From Candidatus Cloacimonadales bacterium (GTDB lineage Bacteria; Cloacimonadota; Cloacimonadia; Cloacimonadales; DAONDQ01), in assembly GCA_963662275.1 (NCBI GenBank), contig OY759316.1:480001-544000 (forward strand): a stretch of 64,000 nucleotides of DNA. Direction: 5' to 3'. Under the pieces are notes generated by a model. That model did no database searches. It was not told the origin of the DNA and saw only the letters and a list, made by a program, of their open reading frames with translations. Positions 31,086-40,479 of this stretch are shown here, in pieces. Numbering within the stretch: position 1 is the stretch's first letter; every line of letters begins with the position of its first letter. The position numbers and the translations under genes were made by a program.

Positions 31086-33746
31086 ATGAAATTTGATAAA
31101 ATAGAATTCCAGTCATTGCTGTTTAATGTTAATAAACCTTCCAGATATATCGATCACGAGATCAATACCTGTCATAAAACTCCTGGACTTGGTTCCGTTA
31201 ATTTTTGCCTGGCTTTCCCCGATGTTTATGAAGTCGGGATGTCACATCTGGGTTTGAAGATACTCTATAGCATACTGAATGCTGAGAATGATGCCATGGC
31301 AGATAGAGTATATGCTCCCTGGGTTGATTTTGGTGATGCTTTAAAGAAAAATAATATTCCATTGTTCGGTGTGGAAAGTAAAGTGGCTGTATCTGATTTT
31401 GATATTTTAGGTTTCACTCTTCAATCGGAATTAAATTTCTCCAATATTCTTTATATGCTGGATTTGGCTAAGATTCCCCTGCTATCTAAAGATAGAAGAG
31501 ACCATGATCCAGTTGTTATTACCGGTGGTCCTTGCGCTACAAATCCCGGAACCCTTTCTCCCTTCATTGATGCGTTCCTGATTGGAGAAGGGGAAGAGGC
31601 AATTATTGAAATCAAGGATGCGATGGCTGCTCATAAAAATGGCAGCAGGTCAGATAAACTGCTGGCATTAGAAAAGATAGAAGGAATGTATGTTCCCTCA
31701 GTTGTAGAGAGGAACTCCTATCCAGCGGTTGCACCTACTTCAGGAGGTTCTTCCCCGAAGTTCGAAGTTCGAAGTGCGAAGTGTGAAGTACAGAACCAGA
31801 ATAATGTAGCACTCACTACAGCAGGTTCTTATGTAGTACCTACTCTAGGAGGTTCTTCTAAACATACTGTGAAGATAAGAAAATATGCAGGATTTCCCGA
31901 TTATGAGAATACTCATGACAAGCAATTGATTGCCTGGCAGCATGCTACTCATGACCGTTATGTAGCAGAGATCATGCGTGGTTGTACACGAGGCTGCCGT
32001 TTCTGTCATGCTGGTTTTTTCTATCGTCCGGTGCGGGAAAGAACACCTGAACAAATCATAGAGCATATCCTGGAAGAAGTGAAAGAAGCTGGATGGGAAG
32101 AAGCTGCCCTGGTTTCCCTTTCTTCCAGTGACTATACTTGTATCAGACCACTCCTTTTAGCATTGCATAATCGATTAAAGGACAATAAAGCTACAATCTC
32201 ATTACCTTCTTTACGTGTTGATTCCTTGGATAACGAACTGGTGCAGTTGATCAATGCCGTAGGCAAAGGCGGGCTGACTGTAGCTCCGGAAGCGGGTTCT
32301 CAACGGCTGCGTGACAGTATCAATAAAAACATTACAGAAGAGGAAATCCTACACGGAGTTCATATCGCATTAGAGAATGGCTGGCAACTTATGAAGCTGT
32401 ATTTCATGGTTGGATTGCCTGGGGAGGAAGACAGTGATATTGAAGCTATCATTGATTTGGTTGAGGATATTATCGCTGTTTCCAGGAAGAAGCTTCAAAT
32501 CAATGTTTCCTTATCTCCATTTGTACCTAAACCATTTACACCATTCCAATGGGCTGGTATGCTGAGTCCTGAAATGCTCTTGAAGCGAGTGTTGAATGTG
32601 AAACATGCCCTGTCCCGTTATCGCTTTGTTAAGGTCAAATATCATGAGATTGAATCTTCCATGATGGAAGCTATCCTCTGCAGAGGAGATGCTGATACTG
32701 GTATGTGGATGCTGGAAGCATACAAGCTTGGCGCTAAATTTGATGGCTGGCATGAATACTTTGATTTCGCATATTATGAACAAGCTGGGATCAATCTCAA
32801 TTACGATTGGCATAAAATACTCCAACCAATACCGACTGACCAAAAACTACCTTGGGACAATATTCATATCGGTGTGACTAATGAGTATCTTTTACGGGAA
32901 TGGGAAAAGTCACAATCCGGCATCAAAACAGGTGATTGCAAAGAAACAGCATGCCTCGACTGCGGTGTCTGTGATTCCCATATTCACATGCATCTTGCCC
33001 GTGAAGAGCAGGATGCCAATCCTGCTGCTCCTGTAGTTCCTGTGGTGCTTCCTTCAGTAATCGAACCTACTTCAGTAAGCAAATCCATCCCCACACCCGG
33101 CGGTACTCCTCCCAGCCCTACAACTACCCAATACCGTGTCTTCTACAGCAAAATGGGCGATCTTCGTTTCATTTCTCATCTCGATTTAATGCGCATGATT
33201 TTCCGTCTTGTCCGCAGACATCATCTGCCTGTCGTCTATACCCAGGGATACAATCCGCATCCGAAGATCAGTCTCGGTCCACCATTACCTCTTGGCACTG
33301 AAGGAGAAATGGAATTCTTTGACATCACTTTTGCTTATGAAATCCCTCATGATGAACTAGCAACATTATTCCAAAAGAACTTCGAGGGAGCTATAGAATT
33401 TCGTGAAGTACAGAAAATGGAAGATTCAGATAAAATAAATTGGGAAGCTGATGGCATAGAGATGCTGGAAATCACGCCTTCATCAGATATGCATGATACT
33501 TTCAATGAGAAAACCAGATTATTTAATGAATCCGGATCTTTCCCCATTACCAGGATAAAGAAGGAAAAGGAAACTACTTCGGAACTGAAAGAGATCATCC
33601 TTGAGATGCATTGGAAGAATGGAGTCCTGCATCTGAAAAAGAAACTCAAGGGTGCTGGAGTCTATGATGTTTTGAAGCAAGTCTTTGGTTTAGAACGTTC
33701 CGAAACTTTCGGGATGCGAATTTGTAGAAAGTGTTTCAGTATTTGA
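31086..33746 (+). CDS. TIGR03960-family radical SAM protein fused to a TIGR03936 radical SAM-linked domain
   Basis: FPDVYEVGMSHLG and RGCTRGCRFC; C-terminal FISHLDL...YTQGYNPHPK. ATG at 31086 follows RBS gagga. Confidence 0.92.
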   Translation: MKFDKIEFQSLLFNVNKPSRYIDHEINTCHKTPGLGSVNFCLAFPDVYEVGMSHLGLKILYSILNAENDAMADRVYAPWVDFGDALKKNNIPLFGVESKVAVSDFDILGFTLQSELNFSNILYMLDLAKIPLLSKDRRDHDPVVITGGPCATNPGTLSPFIDAFLIGEGEEAIIEIKDAMAAHKNGSRSDKLLALEKIEGMYVPSVVERNSYPAVAPTSGGSSPKFEVRSAKCEVQNQNNVALTTAGSYVVPTLGGSSKHTVKIRKYAGFPDYENTHDKQLIAWQHATHDRYVAEIMRGCTRGCRFCHAGFFYRPVRERTPEQIIEHILEEVKEAGWEEAALVSLSSSDYTCIRPLLLALHNRLKDNKATISLPSLRVDSLDNELVQLINAVGKGGLTVAPEAGSQRLRDSINKNITEEEILHGVHIALENGWQLMKLYFMVGLPGEEDSDIEAIIDLVEDIIAVSRKKLQINVSLSPFVPKPFTPFQWAGMLSPEMLLKRVLNVKHALSRYRFVKVKYHEIESSMMEAILCRGDADTGMWMLEAYKLGAKFDGWHEYFDFAYYEQAGINLNYDWHKILQPIPTDQKLPWDNIHIGVTNEYLLREWEKSQSGIKTGDCKETACLDCGVCDSHIHMHLAREEQDANPAAPVVPVVLPSVIEPTSVSKSIPTPGGTPPSPTTTQYRVFYSKMGDLRFISHLDLMRMIFRLVRRHHLPVVYTQGYNPHPKISLGPPLPLGTEGEMEFFDITFAYEIPHDELATLFQKNFEGAIEFREVQKMEDSDKINWEADGIEMLEITPSSDMHDTFNEKTRLFNESGSFPITRIKKEKETTSELKEIILEMHWKNGVLHLKKKLKGAGVYDVLKQVFGLERSETFGMRICRKCFSI
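31728..31857 (+). repeat. In-frame REP-like units plus 7-bp tandem repeats inside the radical SAM gene
   Basis: 25-mers at 31728, 31806 and 31833 (gtWgYacYYactNNagNNggttctt); cgaagtt-type 7-mer x5 at 31756-31790. Confidence 0.8.
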
Positions 33747-34251
33747 CGTTGAGTCCAACTCAGATTGTGGAATATGATTCCGATCTTACTGTATTGTAGT
33801 TTCTGTTGTGGAGTAAGATTCCGATCTTACTGAAAATAATAAAAGAAATACCTCGTGAAAATTTCAAAACCCAAGCATTTTAAATTGAGAATCATTACGA
33901 ATTCCATTTTCTCTTCAGTCTATCACGTTTTGGTTAATTTCATAGCTGTTTCTGGAGCGCCATCTATCTGATGGTGCTACGTGCTCTTTTAGAGGACGTA
34001 TTCTCTTCATCGGCATTTCGACACTTCGACACAGCTCAGTGGAACCTTCGCACAATGACCGAATGCGATGCTGAACGTTGCAACGAATTTATTCTTTTGC
34101 TGATTAATGGTTATTGAGCGAAGTCGAAATACATCAAATCAGCCCATTTAAATGGGTAAAAATCTAACAGTAGGGGCTGACGTCCCGGCAGCCTTATATC
34201 ACGCCCGGAGGTCGCGAACTACGGCAGTTGATCCAACGACTGAAGTTGTTG

Positions 34252-34288
34252 CTACCGAATCACCGTTATCTTCTGTTTCTGCTGTGCT
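34252..34288 (-). pseudogene. Orphan 3' tail of an FG-GAP/CTD gene (AQQKQKITVIR*)
   Basis: Nearly identical to the last codons of 35006-36652 and 51071-52715. Confidence 0.85.
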
Positions 34289-34391
34289 CTCCACCTCACT
34301 TCGCAGTGACGCAGTTACATTCAGCTATAAGGCTTGACGATGCCTTAGAATGGGACTTGCACTCTCTGATTTCTGTCTATCGCTATCGCAC
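34285..34391 (-). mobile_element. Truncated 5' end (domain I) of a group II intron
   Basis: Minus strand begins GTGCGATAGCG and continues gagagtgcaagtccc...tagctgaatgtaactgcgtcactgcgaagtgaggtggagagca. No RT ORF or domain V present. Confidence 0.7.
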
Positions 34392-34589
34392 TTGCTCCGC
34401 ATTTACGCGGTTGGTTTTTGTAGCTCCGCATTTACGCGGTTGGTCTTCGTAGCTCCGCATTTACGCGGTTGTAGAGCTGGATGCCGATCAAACTGTCTGC
34501 TATACAATCCGTAGGACGTAACCCCATTTCGAAATTCGACATCCGAAATTCGTTATATAGATCTCCGCTCTTCAACCAAAATCATTCCC

Positions 34590-34747
34590 CTTTATATATA
34601 CCTGGTCAAAACCAAGTTCAAACAAATACTAATCCTGTTTCATTTCAATTTCCCGAAACAGGATTGAAACAGGTATGAAACAGGATTGAAACAGGTATGA
34701 AACAGGATTGAACTTGGTATAATATACGTGGAATCATAGTGGATTGT
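34590..34747. repeat. Palindromic array of 11-bp repeats (aaacagg(at/ta)tg x5), inverted homolog of 12362-12510
   Basis: Five tandem 11-mers, a degenerate opposite arm and a shared ~38-bp flank. Confidence 0.88.
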
Positions 34748-34753
34748 GCAGGC

Positions 34754-34907
34754 GCAACGCCTTTTTTCAAAAGGTGGATAGGTCGTATCTAGTACGATAC
34801 AAGCTGATGTAACTCCATTATGTTATTGCATTAAGAAAGACTGGATTTGTTTGGTATTATGCATCATTTAAAAAATGACCTATCCACCTCACAAGATGAG
34901 GCGTTGC
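34754..34907. repeat. Inverted pair of 31-bp hairpin elements (same family as 6678-6909)
   Basis: gcaacgccttttttcaaaaggtggataggtc versus the reverse complement of 34877-34907, gcaacgcctcatcttgtgaggtggataggtc. Confidence 0.78.
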
Positions 34908-35005
34908 TGTGCCGTTGCACCTGTAGTGATTACTTCAGGAATCGTGTCAGCATGGTTTACCTTGCTTTTCGGAACGCTGTTTTCAAACGGCTTGCAATTT
35001 GGCAG

Positions 35006-36652
35006 CTACCGAATCACCGTAATTTTCTGTTTCTGCTGTGCTTCACCGCTGGTGAATACACACACATAAATCCCTGATGAAAGATCATTTAAATTGTAAG
35101 TCGCAGAACCGGATTTTGCTTGTTCTGCGTTCATAGAAAACGACTTGACTTTCTGTCCCCGGATATTATAGATTTCGAATGTAGAAGCTCCCCCCTTGGG
35201 AAGGGGGGTAGGGGGGTCAACAGTGAATCTGACGTTAAGTTCAGAATTCCAAGACTGCAGCGGGTTTGGATACAACTGCAGTTTGGAGATAGCAGGTGTA
35301 TTTGTATTATCCGATATGGGGGTTGGGTCATCCAGTTGCGTGTTTCCGGCATAGACAAATATACGACCAGGTGTAGGAAAACCAGCATAATCAAACGGTG
35401 CCGAAATAGCAGCATCGCAGCAGCCGTCTCCATTGTAATCGCCCATGGTCAGGCAGAAACCATACATGTCGGTTTCCACATCAAGATATGGTGGTGTCAA
35501 ATGCAGATCAGGACCTCCGTTCATAGGAATGCCTCCTATCCACAGGTAGGCGTCTCCATAACCGCTAAACTGGGTAACACTGGTGCCCATCAGATCATCT
35601 GTGCCATTACCATTCACATCGCCATGACCAAAGCCCTCACCGGCCGGATCGCCGCTGTACGGAGGAGCTATATTTACAAAGTCCGTTCCGTTAAAACCAG
35701 GACCTCCAAATATTAGTTTAGCATCTGAACCGGAGAAGGCACTCACGAAATCAGAATAACCATCGCCATTTACATCACCAGCGGGATATGTGAACGGATT
35801 TCTTAAGTTCGAACCATCACAGATAACTAAACTATCCTGAAAAACTCCAGATATGGAACCAAAATAAATGATATCTTTGCGATAAGTAGTATTACTTACA
35901 AAATACGTATAACAAAGACTGAAATCATCAATACCATCTGCATTCACATCTCCTACACCGCATATACTTGACCAGTCCCATGAAGAACCGGCTTCCATGA
36001 AAACAGTATTCATCATGTTTCCGCCATAAATAATACCAAAAGAGTTTGGAGCCTGATAATAATCTTTATCCAATATATATCCAAGATCTGCGAAACCATC
36101 GTGATTGATATCCCCCAAACCACGAACGTAATAAAAGGTATTATCCCATTCCTCCCTCGGGAAAGTAAGCACATAATCGGGGACAGTATCGGGATTCGCA
36201 CCGCCGTAAAAGACGCAGAGCTGCAAGTCATAGTACTGATCTATATTCTCTTCATACATCGTCGCCCGAAACAATGCCAGGTCATCTATCCCATCACCAT
36301 TCATATCGCCCGCATTGCACATGGAATATGAAAGTCCATATTCTATCTCATGGTGACCGGTGATTTCCATTTCAGGCACATTATCAAAATTGGGACCGCC
36401 AAAATAAAAGTATAGTTTACCATATGGATATGGTGGATAAGAAGGTGTATAACCTCTGGGATCCCAATTAGGTGATGCAATAACTAAATCATCGTTGCCA
36501 TCTCCATTCCAATCAAGAGTTGTCATGATTAATCCCATTCCGAAGAAATCATCTTCCCCTGTCATAGTGGTCATGATATCCATGTGGTTCAAGGCAGGGA
36601 GAATGCTGGTGAAAAGAAGAACAGCAAAAACAACTAAAATACCTTTATACAT
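35006..36652 (-). CDS. Secreted FG-GAP-repeat beta-propeller protein with T9SS/FlgD-Ig-like C-terminal domain (copy 1)
   Basis: Signal peptide, seven (G)DxNxDGxxD repeats, and YPNP...EIYNIRGQKV. Confidence 0.92.
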   Translation of the reverse strand: MYKGILVVFAVLLFTSILPALNHMDIMTTMTGEDDFFGMGLIMTTLDWNGDGNDDLVIASPNWDPRGYTPSYPPYPYGKLYFYFGGPNFDNVPEMEITGHHEIEYGLSYSMCNAGDMNGDGIDDLALFRATMYEENIDQYYDLQLCVFYGGANPDTVPDYVLTFPREEWDNTFYYVRGLGDINHDGFADLGYILDKDYYQAPNSFGIIYGGNMMNTVFMEAGSSWDWSSICGVGDVNADGIDDFSLCYTYFVSNTTYRKDIIYFGSISGVFQDSLVICDGSNLRNPFTYPAGDVNGDGYSDFVSAFSGSDAKLIFGGPGFNGTDFVNIAPPYSGDPAGEGFGHGDVNGNGTDDLMGTSVTQFSGYGDAYLWIGGIPMNGGPDLHLTPPYLDVETDMYGFCLTMGDYNGDGCCDAAISAPFDYAGFPTPGRIFVYAGNTQLDDPTPISDNTNTPAISKLQLYPNPLQSWNSELNVRFTVDPPTPLPKGGASTFEIYNIRGQKVKSFSMNAEQAKSGSATYNLNDLSSGIYVCVFTSGEAQQKQKITVIR

Positions 36653-36973
36653 TGGTACTCCTTATTTCTACAACCCACAGAATATAAAATATAATATTCA
36701 CACGTAATTTTCATTCCATAGCAAGTTTTATCCAGTATCTTGCCGGATATTATCCATTTTCTCTTTCATCTATCACGTTTCTGTTAATTGCATAGCTGTT
36801 TCTGGGTCGCCATCTATTTGATGGTGCTACGTGCTCTTTTAGAGGACGTATTCTCTTCATTGGCATTTCGATGGGGAAAATCTAACAGTAGTGGCTGACG
36901 TCCCGGCAGCCTTATATCACGCCCGGAGGTCGCGAACTACAGCAGTTGATCCAACGACTGAAGTGGTTGCTGC
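36653..36973 (-). repeat. Leader/spacer block shared with the second FG-GAP locus and with 33903-34253
   Basis: 36653-36760 is identical to the reverse complement of 50963-51070; similarity extends to 36904/50820. Confidence 0.93.
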
Positions 36974-37177
36974 TTAAATACGGTTATTTTTTGATTCTGC
37001 ATTCTATCTGTTCCCTGTCCTCTTCTAAAAATTAGATGAACTAATCCTTGACATCTGCTATTATCCTTTTAAATAATAACTCGTTAGCATTGTGTTCATA
37101 GAAAGTAGAGATTCCACATAAAATTTATAAAGTATATATTTATCAATAAAATAGAGTTTAAACTAACGAGGGGAGAG

Positions 37178-39262
37178 ATGTTTCATTATATTAAGAAACG
37201 CAATCAGCAATTAGAGAAATTTGATAAGGAAAAAATCGTCCAAGCCATGGCTAAAGCTGGAGAAGCGTCAGGTGAATTCGGAAGAGATACTGCCGAGAAA
37301 CTGACTCTTCGTGTCTTGAATCTAGCCCAGCAGGCAATAGACAAAGAACTGCCGGATGTGGAAGAGATCCAGGATATTGTGGAGGACGTTCTTCTTGCTT
37401 CTCCTTATCTGAAAACTGCTAAAGCTTATATCATTTATCGTGATCAACATGCCAAGATGCGTGAAGTTGTTTCTTCAGCGAATGTCAATATGATCGATCA
37501 GTATCTGCAGAAACTGGATTGGCAGGTGAACGAAAACAGCAATATGGCGTATTCTCTCCAAGGACTGAATAACTATATCGCCTCAGAAGTCTCAAAAGTC
37601 TATTGGCTGAACAAAGTCTATCCACCGCAAGTACGGCAATCACACTTGGAAGGAGCACTTCATATTCATGACCTGGGGCAAATATCAGTTTATTGTGTAG
37701 GCTGGGATTTGTATGACCTGCTGATGACAGGTTTCAAAGGTGCCTCAGCAAAAGTTGAGAGTGGTCCGGCAAGACATTTCCGAAGTGCTTTAGGGCAAAT
37801 TGTAAATTTCTTCTACACGCTCCAGGGTGAAGCTGCGGGTGCACAGGCATTTTCTCATTTTGATACACTGCTGGCTCCTTTCATCAGGCAGGATAATTTA
37901 AAATATACCGATGTGAAACAAGCAATGCAGGAATTTATCTTTAATATTAATGTACCTACAAGAGTTGGGTTCCAGACACCTTTCACCAATATTACTCTCG
38001 ATCTGAATCCACCCTCTATCTATGCTAACCAGCCAGTTGTGCTTGGAGGTGAGATATTGGAAACAACATATGCCGATTACCAGGTGGAAATGGATATGAT
38101 CAATCGGGCTTTCCTGGAAGTGATGATCGAAGGTGACAATAAAGGAAGAGTCTTCACTTTCCCCATTCCGACCTATAATATTACGAAAGATTTTGATTGG
38201 GATAATCCCGATCTTGAATATCTTTGGGATGTAACAGCTAAATATGGAATCCCTTATTTTTCCAATTTTGTGAATTCAGACCTCAGCCCGGAAGATTCAC
38301 GTTCCATGTGCTGTCGTTTGAGATTGGATACACGGAAATTACAGGCAAGGGGAGGAGGTCTTTTTGGTGCCAATCCACTCACAGGTTCAATAGGGGTAGT
38401 GACAATCAATCTTCCGCGTTTGGGATATCTTTCTTCAACGGAAGAAGAATTCTATACAAATTTGGAAAAGATCGTAAATATAGCAAAGAGCAGTTTGGAG
38501 ATCAAACGTAAGATCCTCGAACTCTGGACAGGCAACGGACTTTATCCCTATACGAAATTCTATCTGAAACAAGTGTATTCACATAATCATCAATACTGGT
38601 GCAATCACTTTTCCACGATTGGGATCATTGGTATGAATGAAGCATGTTTAAACTTGGTTGGACAGGATATCGGTACAGAGAAAGGCAGGATATTTGCCCT
38701 GAAGACAATGGATTTTCTCCGTGCTCTCTTACTCAAATTCCAGGAGGAAACCGGTAATAATTATAACCTGGAAGCAACTCCCGCAGAAGGAACAAGTTAT
38801 CGTCTTGCCAAGATAGATCGGGATAAGTATCCGGAAATACGTGTGGCTAATCGCGACGGAAGCAGTGATTCACCATTTTATACGAATTCCACCCAGCTTC
38901 CTGTTGATTATACAGATGATGTGTTTGAAATGCTGGATAAGCAGGATGAGCTTCAATCACGCTATACAGGCGGAACAGTGCTTCATTTATTTGCCGGTGA
39001 AAGAATAACAAACCCGGAAACTGTAAAAAAACTTGTACAAAAAATCTGTCATAATTATCGTTTACCATATTTTACGATAACACCGACATTCAGTATATGC
39101 CAAAATCACGGGTATATCACAGGTGAACACGAGAGATGTCCGATCTGTGATACAGAATGTGAAGTATATTCACGTATTGTTGGTTATTTAAGACCCGTTT
39201 CCCAGTGGAATGAAGGAAAAAGGGAAGAGTTCAAACAACGTAAGAATTTTGCTATTTCATAG
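37178..39262 (+). CDS. nrdD: Anaerobic ribonucleoside-triphosphate reductase with ATP cone
   Basis: ATP cone, SMCCRL, EATPAEG and the glycyl-radical motif YSRIVGYLRP. Confidence 0.97.
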   Translation: MFHYIKKRNQQLEKFDKEKIVQAMAKAGEASGEFGRDTAEKLTLRVLNLAQQAIDKELPDVEEIQDIVEDVLLASPYLKTAKAYIIYRDQHAKMREVVSSANVNMIDQYLQKLDWQVNENSNMAYSLQGLNNYIASEVSKVYWLNKVYPPQVRQSHLEGALHIHDLGQISVYCVGWDLYDLLMTGFKGASAKVESGPARHFRSALGQIVNFFYTLQGEAAGAQAFSHFDTLLAPFIRQDNLKYTDVKQAMQEFIFNINVPTRVGFQTPFTNITLDLNPPSIYANQPVVLGGEILETTYADYQVEMDMINRAFLEVMIEGDNKGRVFTFPIPTYNITKDFDWDNPDLEYLWDVTAKYGIPYFSNFVNSDLSPEDSRSMCCRLRLDTRKLQARGGGLFGANPLTGSIGVVTINLPRLGYLSSTEEEFYTNLEKIVNIAKSSLEIKRKILELWTGNGLYPYTKFYLKQVYSHNHQYWCNHFSTIGIIGMNEACLNLVGQDIGTEKGRIFALKTMDFLRALLLKFQEETGNNYNLEATPAEGTSYRLAKIDRDKYPEIRVANRDGSSDSPFYTNSTQLPVDYTDDVFEMLDKQDELQSRYTGGTVLHLFAGERITNPETVKKLVQKICHNYRLPYFTITPTFSICQNHGYITGEHERCPICDTECEVYSRIVGYLRPVSQWNEGKREEFKQRKNFAIS

Positions 39263-39270
39263 GATGGAAG

Positions 39271-39960
39271 ATGAAAATAGGCGGATTTCGTAAGTTCTCG
39301 ATGATCGATTACCCCAATCATTTGAGTGCTGTTATTTTCACACAGGGATGCAATTTTCGCTGTCCTTATTGCCATAATCCAGAACTCGTTGACCCGGCAC
39401 GTATGAAATCAGTGTTGGATACAGAAAAAATACTTTCTTTTCTTAAAATGAGAAGATTGAAACTGGATGCAGTCTGTATCACAGGGGGAGAGCCAACGAT
39501 TCAATCAGATATTGTGGAGTTTTGCCAGAGTATCAAGGATATGGGCTATCTAATCAAATTAGATACAAATGGCTCTTATCCGGATGTGCTTGAAAAGTTA
39601 TGCGCAAGCAAGTTAATTGATTTTGTGGCGATGGATATTAAAGCGCCACTGGACCGCTATGAATGGGTAACACAAGTACCCATTGATCCAAAAGTAATTG
39701 AGCAAAGTATTCAGATTTTGAGAAAATATAAGAAAGAACGAGAATTTCGGACGACTGTTGTTCATCCTCTATTAGGTCTGGCAGATATTGAGAAAATCAT
39801 GAGTATGTTTATTCGAGGTGAAACATATTGTCTGCAAAGATATGCCGGGAAGCAGACCTTGGATGCTAATCCAAAACAGTATTCTCCTTTTTCTTTTATG
39901 CTGATGCATACTGTTTCACAGAAAGCAGTACCTCAGGGAGTGAATTTGATATTGAGGTAA
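39271..39960 (+). CDS. nrdG: Anaerobic RNR activating radical SAM protein
   Basis: GCNFRCPYCHN; adjacent to nrdD. Confidence 0.93.
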   Translation: MKIGGFRKFSMIDYPNHLSAVIFTQGCNFRCPYCHNPELVDPARMKSVLDTEKILSFLKMRRLKLDAVCITGGEPTIQSDIVEFCQSIKDMGYLIKLDTNGSYPDVLEKLCASKLIDFVAMDIKAPLDRYEWVTQVPIDPKVIEQSIQILRKYKKEREFRTTVVHPLLGLADIEKIMSMFIRGETYCLQRYAGKQTLDANPKQYSPFSFMLMHTVSQKAVPQGVNLILR

Positions 39961-39976
39961 AGCTCCAACACAAGGA

Positions 39977-40001
39977 CTTACCCGCTGAAGTGGGGTGCTA
40001 C
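39977..40001 (-). repeat. GTAG REP-like element overlapping the ispF stop codon
   Basis: gtagcaccccacttcagcgggtaag on the minus strand; acttcag family. Confidence 0.7.
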
Positions 40002-40471
40002 TTCTCAAGCAGAACAACTGCGTGTGCTGTCATTCCTTCTTTAGTACCTGTTATTCCCATACCTTCTTCTGTTTTTGCCTTAATGGAAATATTGGCAATA
40101 TCCGTAAGTAAATCAACTGCAAGGAAACTGCGCATGGAATCAATATACGGTCTAAGTTTTGGTTCCTGGGCACAGATAGTGGAATCAAGATTCCCCACTT
40201 GATATCCTTTGGAAAGAACTAAAGCTATTGTTTCACGTAGCAACATACGGCTATCGCATCCCAGGTACTTCGGATCTGTATCCGGAAAAGCTTTTCCAAT
40301 ATCACCTTCACCGATAGCTCCAAGCAAAGCATCAATAATGGCATGGATTAGAACATCTGCATCTGAATGACCATCCAGACCTTTTTCGTAAGGAACAGCA
40401 ACACCACCAAGGATAAGAGGTCTTCCCTCTATAAGGCGATGTGCATCATATCCAAAACCAATCCGGAACAT
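39998..40471 (-). CDS. ispF: 2-C-methyl-D-erythritol 2,4-cyclodiphosphate synthase
   Basis: RIGFGYDAH, GHSDADV and GDIG..FPDTD motifs. Confidence 0.97.
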   Translation of the reverse strand: MFRIGFGYDAHRLIEGRPLILGGVAVPYEKGLDGHSDADVLIHAIIDALLGAIGEGDIGKAFPDTDPKYLGCDSRMLLRETIALVLSKGYQVGNLDSTICAQEPKLRPYIDSMRSFLAVDLLTDIANISIKAKTEEGMGITGTKEGMTAHAVVLLEK

Positions 40472-40479
40472 AGTAACCT

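Larger units (their letters stand above)
33766..34555. repeat. Mosaic of REP-like hairpin modules (BIME-like)
   Basis: Direct pair at 33766/33807. Block 33903-34253 matches 36753-36971 apart from a ~130-bp insert. Three gctccgcatttacgcggtt copies at 34394, 34423 and 34452. Confidence 0.88.

Noticed and set aside
34394..34470. Three direct repeats as a mini-CRISPR
   Set aside because: Spacers are only about 5 bp, there are no cas genes, and the units are GTAG-hairpin REPs.
34152..35077. Short ORFs in the repeat mosaic (also 6479-6977 and 52965-53162)
   Set aside because: They are translations of repeat elements, with no RBS or recognisable domain.
33766..36973. Classical integron array
   Set aside because: No intI, and I could not identify convincing RYYYAAC...GTTRRRY attC boxes.
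37080..37177. NrdR box or riboswitch upstream of nrdD
   Set aside because: AT-rich sequence without a convincing consensus match.
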